DNA of 64,000 nt, taken from NCBI RefSeq assembly GCF_030684315.1, contig NC_081368.1, positions 49,615,734 through 49,679,733 of the forward strand, given 5' to 3'. Shown in pieces: positions 11,001 through 23,800 of this stretch (the stretch's first letter is position 1; each line of letters starts with the position of its first letter). Source of the DNA: Stegostoma tigrinum (Eukaryota). Under the pieces are notes generated by a model that saw nothing but the letters and a program-made list of their open reading frames with translations, ran no database searches and had not been told where the DNA came from. Made by a program: the position numbers and the translations under genes.

Positions 11001-13324
11001 CCTGAGAAATCAAATTTCCAACTTCTCAAGATAGGCAAGGCAAGAAAGTGTGGCAATGTCAACATATCACCCAAAGAATACTGGTTATGCACAAAACAAT
11101 AATTGCACAGAATATGTAACCATTTGTAAATTTTGTAATTTGCATCTTTATCATGTTAGAAATCCTATGACAAAAGTGCTCTTTTTTTTGAAAGATACAA
11201 GAGAATAGTAAAATAGCATTGGGTTTTGTTTTGTTTCTATTCAATCTTAAAATGATACAAAAGAGAGAGGCACTCAGCCCACTTTGTCCATGGCAACTTC
11301 CCATTCTAATCCTACGTTCCAACACCTGGTCCATACATGTGCAAGTTACAGCACTACAGGTGGAGATCCAAGTTCCTTTTAAATGGGTTGAAGGTTCCCA
11401 GCTCAACCACCAAACTGTCCAGCAAATTACAGACATGCACAAGAAGATATGGCTGAGGAATAAGTCGAAAAATAAAAGGTCAATCAGTATTCAGGCCAGC
11501 AGCCTGATTTAGTTTGTGGGAAAGTCATCAGGAGTCTTCAAACACTGCTGTTGTGTTTCTGGTGGCATTTTCAATTCTTTACATATTAGTCTTTCTGCAC
11601 ATGAAAAAAGAGTGACATAAATCTGATGTGTAGTGTACATAAATGTTTATATGAGAGAAATTACAAAGACTCAGTTATAAACTGTAAAGGCAAGTAACAA
11701 CAAATTAAATTTTGATGTTTTTAAAACATCCATTAGTCAAGTCTTTTTAGAGTTCAACAAACATGTACAACTGGAAAATATCTATCAAAGTGTTTTCACA
11801 TCTGATTTCAGATCAGTAGAAATCAGGCTTTATTCTTAATTATGTATAATTACAAATTACATGTTGAACATAAACATCCAATTCAAACCTTACCCACATC
11901 AGTGCATATCTATGCTGAAAACTAACAGGCTGCTTTGGTTTATCTGCAGAGGTCAATAAACTATACCAGAAATCACAAATGGGCAATTAGAACAACATTA
12001 GTGTCCAGGTCAAAAATGTTATTATGCTTGGAAACTACAATTTGACAAGTGGAACACCAGTCATTGTGGGATATGGATCAATTAATTCCACAAAGAATGT
12101 ATTCAAATCCTGTTGAGAATCGCACTGTATTACAGATTGTATTGTGGCAGTAATAGCCTAACAGTTGACCAGATGTATATGAATAACGTGTATATTCCTT
12201 TTCATCTCAGATACCAATACATGGAACTGAATGAAAATAGTTGTGCCATACAAAGAAATTAAAAGACACAATCAAGACTGTTTAAGTACTGGAAGCGATA
12301 ACAGATTGTAAAGTAGTGCTGTCACATTTATTCAGCCAATCTAGGTATCTTTGCAGGTTAATGGCTTCCCTTCTCATCTCTAAAAAAAAATGTTTGGTTT
12401 GCACACAATTTTTTGATCCTCTTTCCACATCTCCTGTCATTCCTCTTTGGTTAGAGGCGTTGGAAGAACTGGTCCTTCTCCTACTGAAGATTCAGATATG
12501 TTGCTTGTGTAAATTAATGATACAATCAAAGATGCCATTGAAACAGTCCAAACTTTTGAATTGGTCAATAAAATGCAGGTTGGTGATGCAATGATGTCAA
12601 ACCATCATAAATCTACTGAAGTCAAAAAGAAAATTGTCAACAGAGAATTTTTTCTCTACTCACTATTTACTTTCACAGGGAACACAGTGAGAAATCAACA
12701 GTCTCACCACTTTAGATTTAGCTGACATTTTGTGGCGTTGAAAGGTATTTTCCAGTATTCACTTAAATTTTCCAACAGCTGGCGATTACTTACAGTAATC
12801 AGAACATCTATTGGCTAAAGGCTATCCAATATGCAAGCCACAAATAAAAACACAAGCAGCCATTACTTTGTTGACAAATTTATCAATAGTCAACAAATTC
12901 CCTGGTTTCAAGAAATAATATCAATTGAAGTAACTTCTATAATCACACTGTGCAACTGAAACAATGATTAGATAAAACATCAATAGAAAATTAATCTATC
13001 CAACAACTTCATGTAAATGGAGCCACAAATTCCAGTACAGGACACCTGAAATGTGGGCTTCAGGATCCAAAAAGGACAAGAACAATCTCCCTTTGACACA
13101 AAAGCTGATCAAAGCTATAATGTGTCCATTTCCATTTGTCAGGATATAAGTGTGGATTGATAAGCAAGTAAAATGAAGAGCAACAAAAGAGGGGTCTTTA
13201 ACATGACCCAAAAGCTTTGTTACAGATCTTTGTTACAATCCAATAGCTTCCTTGTCCATCAGTAACAGAAGAACAACTGGAGTGCAATTTTCTGTCCCTC
13301 TTCCCATAGGTCCTATGATTCCTT

Positions 13325-13476
13325 TCACTTTAAGGCTGCTAGCTCTTGGAGGAGCTGTTCCTTCTCCCGCTGAAGTTCCAGGATATGCTGTTTATTCTGA
13401 TCAAGGCGGTCCTCCAGCCACTGTAGCAAAGGACCACTAATGGATGACATCTGGCTACACAGATTCTTTGTGAAAA
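13325..13476 (-). CDS. BRCC3: BRCC3 coding exon 8 (terminal coiled coil and stop)
   Basis: ccag|TT TTC ACA AAG... = VFTKNLCSQMSSISGPLLQWLEDRLDQNKQHILELQREKEQLLQELAALK*. Confidence 0.96.
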
Positions 13477-14832
13477 CTGGAGAAATAAAATGAACAGGCA
13501 GATATTGGTCAGTCAAGATATTTTAAATTTTTTAAAACCACATTGGATATATTCTACATAAATGAATATTGTTGCATCCAAAAAATAAACATCGAATCGT
13601 ATGTGACTAATTCAAAGCAAAATGGTAATTTGGAGAAGCCCTAGCTTAGCCTGTCCTTATAAAAACATTCAGAAATTACTCAGTTTGCTTATATCTAGGC
13701 AAATGTTGAGCCAATCAGTTTGTTCACATTTTGTATCATTTATTTTTAATTTGAACAAATAATTGTAAACATTGAATGGGAATATTAGGGTATGATATAA
13801 ATGCTCCATTTTCGGATAAGACACCTCTCCCTTTTCCCATTATTCTCTTTTAATTCACTTATTGCAATTTATTACATAATAGGCATGCAGAAAAAATTGT
13901 TCAAAAGCAGATAGTAGGAAAGTCAGCCAGATTTCAGAATTCCCAAACAGGTTTGTCAACCCTTCTTTCTGTTTGAAACTAACAGAAAGCTAACTTCGGT
14001 AATGCTGCCCTTTAAAATCAAATAAATTTACTGAATCAATTTGTTTGTGACGGGGGAATAAGATCATACATTTCACAATACACAGAGTTTGCACCTTATG
14101 GTACACAATTTCAGAACCTTATCACATTCCACATTCCCCATCAATCACAAAAAGCACCCATTTCATTCCAGGTAATATTTCCTCCTCTGTCATCTCTCTG
14201 GTCAAACTGCCATTGAAACCCCTAACCATGTGCTTGTTACTTCTAGGCGTACCTTTTCCAATGCTGTACAAAATTCACAAAATAGAATTTAACAAGGTGG
14301 TATACAAAAAATTTAAAATTTATTTTCCTATGCCAACCTCATTATTGGCATGTGCATTTCTGGGATGGTGAAGCACTCAACCCGGAAGGACAATATCCTG
14401 GAAAATTTTGAATCTTTGAAATCTCTTTCCCTTTAATTATTTTTCTCTTCCATTGAAAAACTTCATTTCTGTATTCCACACAAAAAGATTTTCCACCTCT
14501 ACCAATACAAAACTCAAAAGGTCACCAATGTTTAAGTGTTAAATGTCAACTTTGTGCTGTTGTCTGTAATTCTATGTCTTTTACACGGGTGAAACACATA
14601 GTTAATATTTCTTGCAAAAACCTTTTATAAAGAGTGGGAAAAGGAGTTCACTCATGAAACAGGTATCTTTGTCTTGCACAGAATTCTCTATATCTTGTTC
14701 TTTAACTCTGTTTCACCAGCACTCATCAGGATCATAAATGTAACCATTCAACTCTACTCTTCTGGTATGTCACTTAGCGTACATACTATTTTCTTACAAA
14801 TAGGGCTTTTAAAACATTGAGGCATCATCTAC

Positions 14833-14876
14833 CTGATCCATTGTGAATCTTAGTTATAGGATCCAGATGTGTAAGG
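14833..14876 (-). CDS. BRCC3: BRCC3 coding exon 7 (44 nt)
   Basis: tcag|...(S)LTHLDPITKIHNGS|gtagat. Phases fit the neighbouring exons. Confidence 0.95.
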
Positions 14877-17800
14877 CTGAAACAAAGATAAAATGTCACA
14901 GATTATGTTTATTTCAACCTTCTGTTGAATACAAACATTCATTGTTAACAAGATGTGAACTAGATTAACAAATCTTATCCTCGCAAAGAATAGAGAAGAG
15001 TACAGATGAATCTACTTAAGCACTAGACAATGGTTATTCTCCTTCCAAAACAGGTAATTCTCTTTTAACATGATAGTTGTATTCTGGTGCAACATCATGC
15101 TATAGAAAATCGCTATACTGTACAGCCGAAAGTTTGCATTACCCAAACAGCATCCATGATTCATCAATCACATTATAGCCAACTCACATCGATGAAACAC
15201 AGACTATAGCAGAAATACCTGTCATTCAAATTTGGGTCAAAATCCTGGAACTCCCTCCCTACAGCTTTGTGTTGGTACCTACACCAAATAGACTGCAGAG
15301 GGTTCAATAAAGTACCTAACCAAGGAGCAACTAATATCATTTTTTGAAATGTGTTCGTGGGATGCAGGTATTGCTAGATAAGGTAGTAGTTATAGGCCAT
15401 CCCTAACAGTTCAAAAGGCAGGTAAGAACTGTTGCTTTGGGTCTGGAGTCACATGTAGGCCAGATGAGGTACCAATGGCAGATTTCATTCCATGAAGGAC
15501 ATTAATGAAACCAACGTGTTTTAAGGCGATCAACAGTAGTTACATGGTCACCATTAAACAGCTCTATTATCCCAAATATTTATTGAATTCAAATTTCAAC
15601 ATCTGCCGTCGAACAAATGTCCCCTGGAAGTTCGTCTTGGAATTCTCGGTTAGCCCAGTGACATTGTCATGTCACTGCCTCCCACAAAGGGCTAAGCAAT
15701 AAATGCTGGCCAGCCAGTGAGACCCACATCCCATTAATGAATAAAAACGATGCCAATGAACAAAAAGTAAACTTAAGTTGAGAATTTAAATAAGTATCAG
15801 TAAATTAACTGAATTTTCAGCCTCTGGGGTGGAGGAATGCTAAAAATTGTATATATCAAGACGATAAACAAAGCTGGTGCTCGTGTCCATTACAGCATTA
15901 TTACTGTATTCAAGTCAGAGATAAATAGGTTCTTGATTAGTAAGGGGATCAAAGGTTACAAGAATAAGACAGGACAATGACAGTGAGAAACATATCAGGC
16001 ATTATCAAATGGCAAATCAGACTCAAGGGCTGAGTGGCCTAATTTTGTTCCTATATCTTAAGGTCAAATGCCACTGTATGAGAACAAGAACTGTGTCTAA
16101 ATAATGGCTTCAATAAAAGTATTCTGAGAAAAGCATAGGAATTTCATAATGAAAAATGCTTTGTTAACATGGACAACAATGAGTTAGTTACAGCCATGTA
16201 GTACTTCTTTAAAATATACTGGTTGTGATTATAGGTATAACACAACATATATGCTATAACATGTATTTCATTAACATGAATTAGCTGTAATGTAATTGAT
16301 GAAGAGTGTTTGGATAACATAACCTTTCTGCTGTACAGGTATAGCCATTGTCACAGCAATTTCCCGGAATGTGATTTTCCATTGCGCGAGGTCACACATG
16401 AACGCAACTATAGGAGAACTGCTTGTACATCATTTAAAACAAAAATGCTGCAACATTGATCATCATGAGAAATGCAAAGATTGGATGTAAAACTAGAACT
16501 GCTGGCTGCTCTTTCACCTCTCAGAGGGACTCAAATTTTAATCAGTCTGAGGATCTTCAAAAGTCTTAAATAAATTGGGTTTGGCAATTTCAACTCCATA
16601 TGTGAGCATGAAGCTTGAGAAAAAAAATACTTAGGTTCAGCCAAACAAATGCAAAATCTGACATAGACTTGAATTCAACTCCAGACTAATTTCAGTTTAA
16701 AGTAGCTTATACAAATGAATAGCTTGCAAAAATGTCATAGATCATTCTCTTTAAGTCTTGGTTTGGCACACTTGGGATAAAATAACTGTATCTAACTCAT
16801 ATAGTGCATGGTTTTTAAGTTCTTGATAGTGATGCCAGTGCCAAAGGCAGAAGTATTAATATTCTGGCATTGTGCCACCTGCCTGTCAAGTACAGTACTG
16901 TAAAAAGGAAAGCAAATAATTTTAAATACGAATGTTTAGATTAAAAAAAATCAAATCAGCAGAGCTACTTGACAAACAAAAGCATGATGCAAACCAATTT
17001 TACATGGGGAAGGAATAAATTGATTACCTTCAATTTGCATTGGAATGCAGATTCCTTTACTGCTATGACCTCAGTGTTTTTCATCTACAATGATCACGTG
17101 TTCAAAGGAGAAAATGGTGGCAACAAAATTCCATGACTTCGTTGACAACAGCACACCTTTACATCATATAATGTTTTTGGTTACCAAAAATTGATCAATT
17201 TCAGATTTAAAGTTAATATGGAATTGGCTTGTGAGGATTGGTTGGCATAGTTAGCTAAATACCAATGGTGCAGGTTCATTCCCTTTGAGGGCTGTGGTAA
17301 TTCTTGATGCAGAGTAGTTTCCTTGAGCTATATGATCAATTGTGTCTCTCCAACATAGAGAGATGTCTATGGTCCCCTGTGGGCAATGAAGAATTATCTT
17401 GATTCACTATCAACAGCAGTTGCATAATAGCATTTAGCAAATTTCTATCAACCTTTGCGCAAAGAAATATTTGTTGATTTCATGCCTGAAAAGTTTGGTT
17501 TTAAGATAAATGCCCAGCTCAACATTCTCCAAATAGCAGAACTTGTTACTCTCAACCTACTCTATCTGGTCCTCTTAATATCTTGCAAAGTTCCATCAAA
17601 TCAACATTTAACCTTCTAAATTCTGGAAACACAAACAGTTTGTATAATATCTCCTCATGATTTTTAACTTCTGCAATCCAGATATCATTCTAATAAGTTT
17701 ATGCTGCAGTCCCTCCATGGCCTTTATGTATGGATATTAAAGTTTTATGCCCTGAAACGCTCAGAGTACTCCAAATGTCATCCAACCAGAGTTTCAAAAA

Positions 17801-18014
17801 ATTGAAGCATGATTTTTATCCACTTGTTCCTCTATCCTCTAGGTGTAAAGACCAGCATTTCACTAGCATTTTTGATTAATTTTTGTATTTGTTCATGACT
17901 TTCTGACTTGGGTATAGTTTGAAACCAAAGTCTCATTGGACCTTCACTATTTCAACCAATTCATTATTTAATTAATGCATCAAACACAAAATTACACCTC
18001 ATTTCTTACTTTAC

Positions 18015-18146
18015 CTGTGAATTCTTCTATAGGCATCCTGCTCCTCTTGACAAAGAATTTTTGGAAGTTCCACAGCAGACTCCAGACACACTTTACCAAT
18101 AGTTTCATGAGGCACGACATGGATAGGGATTTCTATTCGTTCATAC
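18015..18146 (-). CDS. BRCC3: BRCC3 coding exon 6 (132 nt)
   Basis: YERIEIPIHVVPHETIGKVCLESAVELPKILCQEEQDAYRRIH, with AG/GT boundaries. Confidence 0.96.
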
Positions 18147-18511
18147 CTGAAACAAAGTTATCAAAATGTTAATGACATTCAGATGACCTCCTAAACGATA
18201 AGCTTAGGCTATGATGTTTTAATAATCCAGATTGAATTAGAGGCCTACCCATTATCTATTAATTTTGAGCACGAGTCTCCACCAACCAATTAACTCATAC
18301 AAAATTCAAACCACGACAGCGAAGGATTGCCGTCAGTTCCCAGACTATGAGAAAAGTACTCAAATATATGCAAGGACATATGCATGGATGGGACAATTTT
18401 GCAAACTTTCCATTTGCCATTTCTGTATAATAGCAAAATTAATCACCTCATATTAAAAAAACTCTTAGTTTATATTGTTTTCACAAGAATAACAGACTGC
18501 ATTATACTTAC

Positions 18512-18567
18512 TCAGAACCTTTCTGTGCCTGAATTGACTGGAAACAGGTATACAGAACTCGGCCAGT
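18512..18567 (-). CDS. BRCC3: BRCC3 coding exon 5 (56 nt)
   Basis: ttcag|TGRVLYTCFQSIQAQKGSE|gtaagt. Confidence 0.96.
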
Positions 18568-19346
18568 CTGAAGAAAAGACGTAAAAAGGCAAAATGTAGT
18601 TGTTTAATGGTGTTTCCCAATTTTCTAATGACCTCTTAATATAACCAGCAAGCCCTTCAAACTGTGCTTTAATGATAGGAACTACTACAAAATCTGGGTG
18701 GAATATAATAATTAACTATTCAAATAAGTATGCTGTTTCTTAAAATTGCAATAACTCTGTCATGAAGCACTGAAACCTGATATTTAAACCTAAACTAGAC
18801 TAAAGGGATAAATGTGACGTTTCCTCCTGACAAGAATAAAATGAGCTCGATGCGGTAGCAACCTATGCATACAGCACAAAACTGCTGATAAGTCACAGCA
18901 AATTGGCAATTACAGTCATCATGGCAAAAAGGCAGCATTGTCTGGAATTGGAAAAATTGCAGCAGATAGTAGTCTTTTTAGTTTGGATTTTTAAAACTTC
19001 ATTCAAAGTACATGGATAACCATGGCAAGGTATGTATTTTCACCATTACTATCTACCTAGACAATATGCTGGCGATTTACCTTCTTAAGCCAACCACAGA
19101 GAGGGCTGTTAGGTTGGTGATTTCAGTGATAGTGAAGGAATGGTAATATACTTCCATTACAGGATATTATTGACAGAGTTATCATTTTGGTCTGTCCCAT
19201 AAAAGTTGCACATAATTGTTAACAACTGCTAAAAGGGGAAAATCACCCTAGAGATTTTTTCTCATCACACCAAGAAGAAGCAGTAAACCACTACTAAATG
19301 CCACCAAAGGAATGAACACACAATACAATAAAGAGATGGTACAGAC

Positions 19347-19435
19347 CTTGGTGTTTTTGTCCTCAATGAAACAGGAGAAGATCAACCCTACAAAGCCTTG
19401 ATCCATCATCTGGTACATTGCCTGTGTACGGACAT
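19347..19435 (-). CDS. BRCC3: BRCC3 coding exon 4 (89 nt)
   Basis: (D)VRTQAMYQMMDQGFVGLIFSCFIEDKNTK. Completes the JAMM Asp codon. Confidence 0.96.
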
Positions 19436-20459
19436 CTGACAGAAATAATGCAGATTTAGAATGGCATTGATCAAGCTTTACTTCTTGAACAAACTACTTC
19501 ATGTTAAATGCACTAGCAAGGAAAGTAAAACAGACTCCAAACTCTTCCAATGGAAAGAGCTTAACATTGATGATCTAAATTGATACTTTTGGACATAATT
19601 CAAATTTTAACAGCAAGGAGCACTCTTATTTTGTCCAAAAACACAAGATCCCATTAGCCAATATAACAGGGAGGTAGGTATACCTCCCATAGAAAATCAC
19701 TGGAAAAGCCTTAAGTAGAAATATCTATTGCACACACAGTGAACAGTAAAAAATCTTTTTTTCTTTTTTAAGCAGATTTAAACAAAACAACAGGAGGTCA
19801 CAGATAGACATATATCATGCAAATACTAGATTACAAAATCTAGACAAATGGAAAACAAAACTCTCTGACAGCTTACGGGGAAGTGCAAATCATCCAAAAT
19901 ATTAAATAGAAATGTGAAAGGCCCATCAATTTGTGGAGCTTATAGCTCCCCTATAACAATACTCAAATATCTCTTTAGTAACTTGACGCCTTTTGACGGC
20001 AATATTCCAGATTCTGTGCTGCTTTTTCCAGTCTAGTAAATAAACAAGAATGCTCCAAATGGAATCTAAAGCACAAAACCAAGGGGGAAGGGGAGAAGTT
20101 AAAAATGCCAGCCAGAGTTCCTACAGAGATCCAAGCTGCTAAGAGCACGGTATCCTGTCACCAAGACAGCCCTTATTTACATATGGCGAGTCCTTGACAT
20201 TGATCCAGCTCCCTCAGAGCCAGGTCTCAGAGTGAAAAGAATACTTGACACTCCTGTTCTTAGCAGTCAGCCAGGGCTTCCTGATTCGTCCAGGTTAACA
20301 GCTCCAGATTCTGTACGGCCCACCTGACTGACCTCGTTACAATCACAACAGTAGCTGCCATAGACAACACGTGAAAATACAACAGAGGTCAGAAATGATG
20401 CCTTTGACAGTCAACTGACCTGAAAACACACTGGAAAGTGTCAAAAGAGATGGCATCTT

Positions 20460-20632
20460 GAACATAGTGTGGAGGTGAATGAACACAGCAGGCCAGGCAG
20501 TATCAGGGAAGTAGGAAAGTTGATGTTTCGGGTCAGAACCCTTCTTCAGAAGTTCTGGCCAGGCCTGCTGTGTTCCTCCAGATCCACACTGTGTTATCTC
20601 TGACTCCAGCATCGGCAGTTCTTACAATCTCT
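20460..20632. repeat. Inverted pair of short Penelope-derived repeats with hammerhead-like motif (20522-20549, minus)
   Basis: gtgtggag..gaacacagcaggcc is followed by its reverse complement ggcctgctgtgttc..ccacac. Minus strand reads CTGAAGAAGGGTTCTGACCCGAAACATC. Confidence 0.7.
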
Positions 20633-20782
20633 TGCATGTTGAAGAAGCCATTCGCTACACATCACTGATCTTTCCTCATGTTTGACTATCAGGGACAAAC
20701 AGGAGAAAAGTCATAACTGCTCACATAAGTCAGGTTAACTTCACTATTACTTGATGCTCACCCAATTCAGTCATGTACTTAC

Positions 20783-20870
20783 CTACATGTGAAGGCCATA
20801 CAGTGATATGAGGGTGAGAATGATACCATCCTACCACTCTCATTGGGCGACCCGTCATTTCAGCTAACCT
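20783..20870 (-). CDS. BRCC3: BRCC3 coding exon 3 (88 nt), JAMM/MPN+ zinc site
   Basis: RLAEMTGRPMRVVGWYHSHPHITVWPSHV (H-S-H-x7-S-x2-D). The acceptor is AC and the donor is gtaagt. Confidence 0.96.
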
Positions 20871-23800
20871 GTACAAGTCGTCAAAGATTGTATGTAATTC
20901 AAATCTCTAGTACATAATCTGCAGGTGATGCATTTTTCCCAGAACACTGCAAACCCACAAAGTCAATAAATTGCAATCCTCACCAGAATTCTCTGATATC
21001 AAACCACCAAAACATTTGAACTCCTCCTAATCTAAATAATACAGAAAAATAATGTTGTGAAAGTATATTATGATTGTTTAAAAAAGCATTTTCCTATTTC
21101 ACCCAAGTACCTTTCAGTTGAATGAACAAAGAAATGTTTAAATCTGCCAGTTTCATTTTTGAGAAAGAAGGAAATTTGCTTTTTGCCTCCTAGCAAATGT
21201 TATTTTGCATCTAACTTAAAAGCTCATGTATAGAGCTAACAATTTAATGTACATATCTAGAACCATGAATTTCGGGTGGCAGAGTGGACAGGGATGAGGT
21301 GGGATATAAATAGAAAATATTCTTATTTGATTTCCTCCTTGTGAAGCAAATTTACTAAAGACAATGTTTTTTTAAAAAAGAAAGTTAGTTCATGGGATGC
21401 GGGCATTATTGGCTGGACCAGCTTTTCTTGTGTGCCCCTAACTGTTCTTGTACCAAGTGGCCAGCTAGGGTCTTCAAGAGGGCAGTTAAGAGCTGAACAC
21501 ATGGCTGAGACACTGGAGTCAGACCAAGTGAACATGGTAGTTGTCCCTCCCTAAAGGGATTAGTAAACTAAATGGGTAGTTATGACACTTATATACTTGC
21601 TAGCTTTTTAATTCCAGATTTGTACTAAATTCAAATCTTACCATTGCTGTAGTAGAATTCGAACCCATGTAACTTTTTTTTATTCAGGCATGAGATGTGG
21701 ACAGCATGTATTGCCCATCCCTAATTGCCCACAGAGCAGTTGAGAACCAACCACATTGCTGTGGATCTGGAGTCACATGTAGGCCAGACGAAGTAAGGAT
21801 GGCAGATTTTTTTCCTTAGACAATGTTAGTGGATCATTTGGTTTTCCCTGACAATTGACAACGGTTTCGTGATCATCATTAGGCTCTTAATTCCAGACTT
21901 TTTTCTTACTGAATTCAAATTCTACCATCTTCTGTGGTGGGGTTTGAACCTGGATCTCTGGATTTACAGTCCAATGATAATACCACAAAGCTGTCACCTC
22001 TCCCTCAATCAGTATGTTAGTCTGGGGCTATGGGTTACTAGCGCAGTGATATTATCTTTATATCACTGTTTGTTTAACAGTTCACGCAGATAGATGTAAA
22101 CAGGTAAGATATCATTGGGATTACGGAGACATGGCTGCAGGGTGATGAGGGATGGGAACTGAATGTCCCAGGGTATTCAGTATTTATGAAGGACAGGCAA
22201 AAAGGAAAAGGTGGCACAGTGGCATGACTGGTTAAAGAGGAAATTAACACAATAGTAAAATAGGAAATTAGCTCTGACAATATGGAGTCTGAATGGGTAG
22301 AGTCGAGAAATACCAAGGGGCAATAAACATTAGTGTGTATCACGAATCGATCCCCAAACTGCAGTGATGTCAAGAATGACATTAAACAGGAAATAAGAGA
22401 TGCATTTGATAAGGGAATATCGGTGATCATGGGTGATTTTAATCTGCACATAGATTGGACAAATCAAATTAGTCACAATGCGACAGAGGAGGAATTCTTG
22501 GAGTGGATACTAGATGGTTTTCTTGACCAATATGTGGAGGAACCAACTAGACAGCAGGCCATCTTAGGCTGGATGCTGTGAAATGAGAAGGGAATCATTG
22601 CCAATCTAGCTCTGTGAGACCCCTTAGGGAACAGCAACCATAACATGTTAGAATTTTTTATCAAGATGCAGAGTGAGGTTGTTGACTCAGAGACTAGGGT
22701 GTTAAACCTTAATATAGGAAACTACGAGAATATGAGGGATGAGTTGGCCTTGATAGATTGGGGAGAGTTACTTAAAAGGGATGACACTGGATAGGCAATG
22801 GCAAACATTCAAGCAACACATAAGGGAACTTCAACAACTTTTTATTCCTGTCTGTCACAAAAGCAAAATGGGTAAGCGGGCCAATCCATGGCTTACAAAG
22901 AAAATTAGAGATAGTATCCAATCCAAGGAAGGAGCATACAGATTAGCTAAGAAAATTAATAAATCTGAGGATTGGGAGCAGTTGAGAAGTCAGCAAAGAA
23001 GGTCCAAGGGATTGATTAAGGAGAAAATACAGTACGAAAGCAAGCTTGCAGGGAACATAACAACTGATGCTAAGAATTTCTATAGGTACGTGAAGTGGAA
23101 GAGATTGGTAAAGACAACTGTAGGTCCCTTATAGACAGAAATGTGGGAATATGTAACAGGGCACAAAGAAATGGCTGAGGAACTCAATACATACTGTGGT
23201 TCTGTCTTCACAAAAGAAGACACAAATCAGATACCACAGAATTGTTGGAGAAGGTAAGATTTACTAAAAGGGGAGAGCTGAGGGAGATCAATATCAGAAG
23301 AGAAATGGTGCTGGGAAAATTGTTGGGATTGAAGGCCAATAAATCCCCAGGGCCTGATAATCTACATCACAGAGGATTTAAGGAAGTAACTCTAGAAATT
23401 GTGGATACATTGGTGGTCATCTTCCAGGATTCGATAGACTCTGGAACAGTCACTGCAGATTGGAGGGTGGCTAATGTCACCCCAATATTCAAAAAGGCAG
23501 GTAGAGAGAAAATAGGGAAATATAAACTGGTGAGCCTAACGTCGGTAGTAGACAAAAATTCTCGAATCTGTTGCCAAGGATTTTATAGTAGAGCGTTTAG
23601 AAAGTAGTGGCAGGATCATACACAGTCAGCATGTAATCATAAAGGGGAAATCGTGGTTGACAAATCTATTGGAATTCTATGAAGGTGTACAGTTGACAAG
23701 GGGGAGCCAGTCGATGTAGTATATTTGGACTTTCAGAAAGCATTTGACAACATCCCACAAAGAAGATTAATGTGCAAGATTAAAGTGCGTGGGATTGGAG

